This document shows, one piece after another, positions 60,701 through 64,000 of a stretch of 64,000 nucleotides of DNA. A model generated the notes under the pieces. It saw nothing but the letters and a program-made list of their open reading frames with translations, made no database searches and was not told the DNA's origin. Every line of letters starts with the position of its first letter. The first letter of the stretch is position 1. Source of the stretch: Azolla caroliniana (Eukaryota > Plantae > Polypodiophyta); the NCBI GenBank assembly GCA_043228905.1, contig JBHGNT010000007.1, positions 17,794,001 to 17,858,000 on the forward strand, read 5' to 3'. A program made the position numbers and the translations under genes.

Positions 60701-63253
60701 AGATGCGGGCACTTGATGCCAACGATACATGGGACCTGGTTGACCCTCCCCGTCATAGTAAACCGATCGGATGCAAGTGGGTGTACAAGGTAAAGTACAA
60801 CGTCGACGGTTCAGTTAACCGGTACAAGGCCCGGTTAGTGGCGAAGGGATATGCACAGACCCACAGAATGGACTATGATGAGACCTTCGCTCCAGTAGCG
60901 AAGATGACAATGGTTCGTGTAGTGCTGGCGGTTGCAGCGGCAAGGGGGTGGCATCTTCACCAGATGGATGTGAAGAATTCATTTCTTCAAGGAGATCTTG
61001 AAGAAGAGGTCTTTATGATACAACCCCCCGGTTTCTAGACGGAGATGAACAAGTCGGTAGTATGCCGGCTGAAGAAGTCACTTTATGGCCTGAAGCAAGC
61101 CCCCCGAGCTTGGAATGCGAAGATCACGCATCGGTTGCGTAAGATGGGGTTTGCGGCCTCCAAGTCCGACTCTTCGTTTTTCATCCGGCAAGGTCCGGAC
61201 AATCTGGTTTGCATATTGTTGTACGTTGATGATCTGATCATCACCGGACCCGGACTCGATGAAATCAGCCGAGTCAAGTCCTAGTTGGCGGATGCATTTG
61301 AAATGAAGGACCTGGGGGACCTTCATTATTTTCTTGGGATCGAGGTGATCCGAACCCCCGACGGCATATTGCTCTCACAAAGTCACTATGTGTTGAATAT
61401 GTTGTACAAGTTCGGCATGACCGAATGCCGACCTATCTCTACTCCCTTGGACCGGAACCAGAAGCTCTGTCCCGACTCCAGACCAGCCTGTGATGAGAAA
61501 CAGTTCTGACAAATTGTCGGAAGCCTTATATATTTGACCATCACCTGACCCGACATCAGCTATCCGGTCGGTGTGATTAGCCAATTCATGCAGAAGCTGA
61601 CCGTAGAGCATCTTCAATGTGTGCACAGAATACTACGGTATGTGAGCAGCACGAAGGACCGAGGACTGTTATTCTGGCACAGTATAACCGAAGAGCTGGT
61701 CGGTTACATAGATGCCGACTGGGCCGGCGATGCATCAGATCGCCGATCAACCTCCGGTTATATGTCTTCCCTGGGTAGCGTGGCTATTGCGTGGAGTAGC
61801 AAAAAGCAGCCAACAGTTGCTCTGTCAAGCACTAAGGCTGAGTATTGGGGTGCTACCATTGCCACCTGTGAAGCCATTTGGCTTCGGCGACTGCTGCAAG
61901 ACCTACGGATCGGGGTACGAACCCCGATTCTGATCTACTGCGACAACATAAGCAACATGTACATCGCGAAGAACCTCGTATTCCATGCTCACACAAACCA
62001 CATCGAAGTGCACTATCACTTCGTGCGTGAGCATGTCCTAAGCGGTGAGGTCGAACTTCGGTATGTTCACACGGATCGGCAAGTTGCCGACATCTTCACC
62101 AAACCACTCGGATCGGACAAGTTGCAGCACTTCACCGAAATCCTTGGTATTCAGCATCTCGACGTGCCACACTTGAGGGGGAGAACGGGCAAAGACATCG
62201 GAACGGGCAAAGGAAAAGAGACTGCAGCTTGCGCCGGTGAGGGAAGAACCGACGAAGGGAGAGTCAAGAAGAAGAAAGGAGCTGAGTCGACAAAGGAAGT
62301 CGACACATCCGAACAAGTCGGAACAAGCGGCAACGGCGGTAGAGTCAAGAAGGACAGAGCCGACCGGAAGAAGAAGGCTAAGACCCGGACATGGTCCGAT
62401 GTGAAGGGCCTAGAACGAGAACAGGAATTGGGAGCAACCGATTCGGACAAGAGCTGGAACTAATCGGAGACAGTCAATTCAGCTCAACAAACAAATTCGG
62501 AAGAACTAGATAAATTCAAGGCCAAGAGGACGAGAAGGCAGCGAAAGTCGACGCCAACACGAAGGAATCAGTGAACCGGCACGCGCCGAAGTCACAGCAG
62601 CGAGGGAGCTGAATTGGGCCTGTTGAGCAAACAAGTTGACCGAGAAGGTCGAGGTGTGCAGAACAAGAGGGGTCGTGGCAAACAAAACCGGATTGAACGA
62701 GGAGTGCGAGCAAGGCAGAGTGACGCCAGAAGGAGCCGGGCAGAAGGACCGGTTGCCACAGACGTTGACACTACGACCAGACCTCAAGTTGAGCTTGAGG
62801 GGGAGTGTTGAGCGGCAAGCTCAATTGGAGCCGGATCGGCTGGATAAGCCTGAGTCGGTGAGCGAGGCGGATCGATGAGCCGGTGAGTGAGGCGGATCGA
62901 TGAGCCGGTGAGCACTCGGTGAGCAAAGAGCTGGTGAGCTGGGGAGCCGGTGAGCTGGATCCATCAGTAATCGGAAGCCTAGTAGCAGCTAGACTACTAG
63001 GGAATTATTACTCTCGTAGTTAGTGTCAGGCGTTTGAGTGAGGATTGAAGTACACCGTACTTCTGTTAGTCTGTATGGACTTGTATAAAAGTGTTCGCTG
63101 AACACATACTATGTACAGAGCATTGATATAAGTTTTTATCTCTCTCTCTCTCTATCTCTCCCGCGTACTATTAAGCTCTCCATTAAATCTGTTCTCTATT
63201 CTCTGTTCTCTGTTTTTTGTTTTTATTGCTTCCGCACGCTATTTGTTTTCACA
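57396..63253 (+). mobile_element. Full-length but mutated Ty1/copia element; LTRs 57396-57862 and 62806-63253
   Basis: TG..CA LTRs; TSD CGGTG at 57391-57395 and 63254-63258; tRNA-iMet PBS TGGTATCAGAGC at 57863-57874; PPT GAGGGGGAG at 62797-62805. Confidence 0.95.
57946..62463 (+). pseudogene. Copia gag-pol (Gag, PR, IN, RT, RNaseH) with many stops
   Basis: [69 protein letters not shown]. Confidence 0.92.
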
Positions 63254-64000
63254 CGGTGTCTAATTCTTCTTCGGTCGGTTCAGTTCATTATCTGAATTCG
63301 GTTGGCTCATCGAGTGTCATCTACCTTCTACACGGATGGTTCCTTGTGTTTTCCAATTGATCTTGTCAGTCGATCCAGTGTCCGCGATCTTCTTCTCCGA
63401 CTCCTAGTCGGCAATGGTCTTGTCTTCCATGAAGACTATGTCTGGACTCCAGAAGACCTTGTTGAGCAAGTCCCATACTCGGTAGCCGAACTCATCATCA
63501 CCGTATCCAAGGAATATGCATGGTCGGGATTTCGGGTCCAATTTCTCTCTCTTATCGTTTGTGATATGCATATGATCAAGACATTTGAACACCTTCAGAT
63601 GTCGATAAGACATGTCTTTACAAATCCATACTCTCTGCAATGTGTCTCCATCCAAGGGCGCTAAGGGTGATATGTTTATCACATAGGTCACTGTCATCAA
63701 CGCCTCAACCTGAAACGTCTTGGACAACTTGGCATGTGCCAGCATAGTCCGGACTTTCTCCATCACGATACGGTTCATTCTCCCAGCTAGTTGTTCAGCT
63801 TCGGTGTCTTCGGCATGGCAAATTTGAGCCGGATTCCTTTCAACCAACAATATTCCTCGAACTGCCTTTGGTACTCTCCACTGTTTTCGGTTCCAACTAC
63901 CTTCAGTTTTCGGCTAGTTTCTCTTTCAACTCTGGCATGGAACTCCTTGAAGACAATCAACACATGATCCTTAGTCTCTAGTGGCGAGACCCACAACTTC

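Larger units (their letters stand above)
56520..64000 (-). mobile_element. Decayed Ty1/copia element (Tnt1-like pol), 3'-truncated within RT, interrupted at 57396-63253 and extending beyond the window
   Basis: Integrase at 63259-64000 (VERETSRKLK, RMNRIVMEKVRTML, KLDPKSRPCIFLGY); RT at 57390-56520 (NKWVYKLK, KGFQQKKG, FAMKDMGPAKQILG); many stops and frameshifts. Confidence 0.88.

Overview
Nuclear genomic DNA of a non-seed land plant, most likely a fern. This is inferred from the PLS-DYW PPR style, dense (GA)n/(CA)n repeats and fungal-like Ty3 lineages; the species cannot be named from sequence alone. The first 10 kb is genic: a frameshifted PLS-E-DYW PPR pseudogene (+) and an apparently intact six-exon HVA22/REEP-like gene (-). 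The remaining ~54 kb is a nest of transposons whose ends can mostly be resolved to the base. (i) A ~22 kb Mutator (MULE) element with a SWIM transposase and a C2H2/Ulp1-like accessory gene, invaded by five retroelements. (ii) A very young Tcn1-like chromovirus with self-priming and -1 frameshift signals and a tRNA-like Pol III A/B box at its LTR tip. (iii) Three members of a fungal Ylt1-like Ty3 group (autonomous, non-autonomous, solo LTR); the two with internal regions have a tRNA-Trp PBS, and all three sit at WCGT sites. (iv) Two L1 LINEs and an RTE-like 3' fragment. (v) A hAT-type element and a 6.2 kb TIR element containing a processed RPS12 (eS12) copy. (vi) Nested Ty1/copia elements. No rRNA gene, bona fide tRNA gene or CRISPR array was seen.
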